The translations under genes were made by a program, and so were the position numbers. Below the pieces are notes generated by a model. That model was not told the DNA's origin, did not search any database, and worked only from the letters and a program-made list of their open reading frames with translations. Shown piece by piece: positions 63,470-64,000 of a stretch of DNA of 64,000 nucleotides (the stretch's first letter is position 1; the number at the start of each line of letters is the position of its first letter). Origin of the DNA: Dicyema japonicum (lineage: Eukaryota > Animalia > Dicyemida); the NCBI GenBank assembly GCA_011109175.1, contig RDEW01000044.1:285681-349680 (forward strand). The letters are read 5' to 3'.

Positions 63470-64000
63470 ACAGGTGATGGTAACTTGTCCGCACGTCACA
63501 TATTAGTTTGATCATCGAACAATTCCGTACTCGGAACCTGAGGTTTCCTACCACTCTTGAGTTCGTCACCTCGTTTATGGTCGCTAGAAGAGAAAGTCAA
63601 AGGCTTTGCTATGGTGTTCCAACAACACTTTTAATAGAACCATATTACTTATAGCCCCAGAAATGCAATTAAAGACAGTTTTAGGTCTAAGTTTCCACTT
63701 TATTTTTTGTTTCTAAGCGGTTACTCGATTAATTGCCTATCAAAAAACGAGGCACCTATTCACTAAAAAATACAAATTAACGTGAATTGGCTCAACGATT
63801 GCATGCTGGATAACCAACCAATGATGTAGCTTGTCTTCGATGATTTCATGAATCTTCGGATTCTTTGTTCCTAAAATGGGGGTTTCACAAGAATGATTTC
63901 AGGAGATCCTTTATACTTTTAGCGAAATGAACATCTTAAATCGTGACTTGCCACAGACACCGACAGGACAAGATGTGACTTGTATATTAGGATAAGGACG
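63470..64000 (+). mobile_element. Degenerate RTE 5'/APE remnant
   Basis: A weak leader variant (gatggtaacttgtcc) is followed by TRNLR- and HRHRQ-like APE remnants. Confidence 0.35.

Overview
This is AT-rich eukaryotic (metazoan-type) genomic DNA from a draft assembly, with N gaps and many overlap duplications. It is not prokaryotic; I found no CRISPR array, rRNA or tRNA. Three recognisable host genes lie on the + strand. (1) Aspartate aminotransferase, 4118-5480, 7 introns, 398 aa. (2) A fibrocystin-L/PKHD1L1-like gene, 14547-28993, about 65 introns, about 4,000 aa. (3) A USP5/USP13-type deubiquitinase, 45657-47921, 8 introns, 693 aa. There are also one or two orphan secreted/membrane genes. 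The dominant signal is an ultra-short intron regime: essentially every intron is 18-30 nt (most 22-25), with a donor reduced to GT/GC and no consensus beyond it. This regime even extends to an intron inside a Buster/hAT transposase. Such sizes are known to me from reduced parasitic animals (dicyemids; myxozoans are an alternative), but the organism cannot be fixed from this window. Intergenic DNA is almost entirely decayed transposable elements: RTE LINEs, I/Jockey-group APE-RT LINEs that appear to lack ORF1, CRE-type REL LINEs, R4-like and L1/Tx1-like remnants, two hAT elements and a pogo remnant. The best leads are candidate 13/22-nt and 18-nt introns, a kringle domain inserted in fibrocystin-L with the second beta-helix missing, a USP5-like ZnF-UBP that has lost zinc ligands, a TTGACCTAA motif upstream of three start codons, and conserved 5' leader motifs on the LINEs. 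All homology statements come from remembered family motifs and manual translation; no database search was run.
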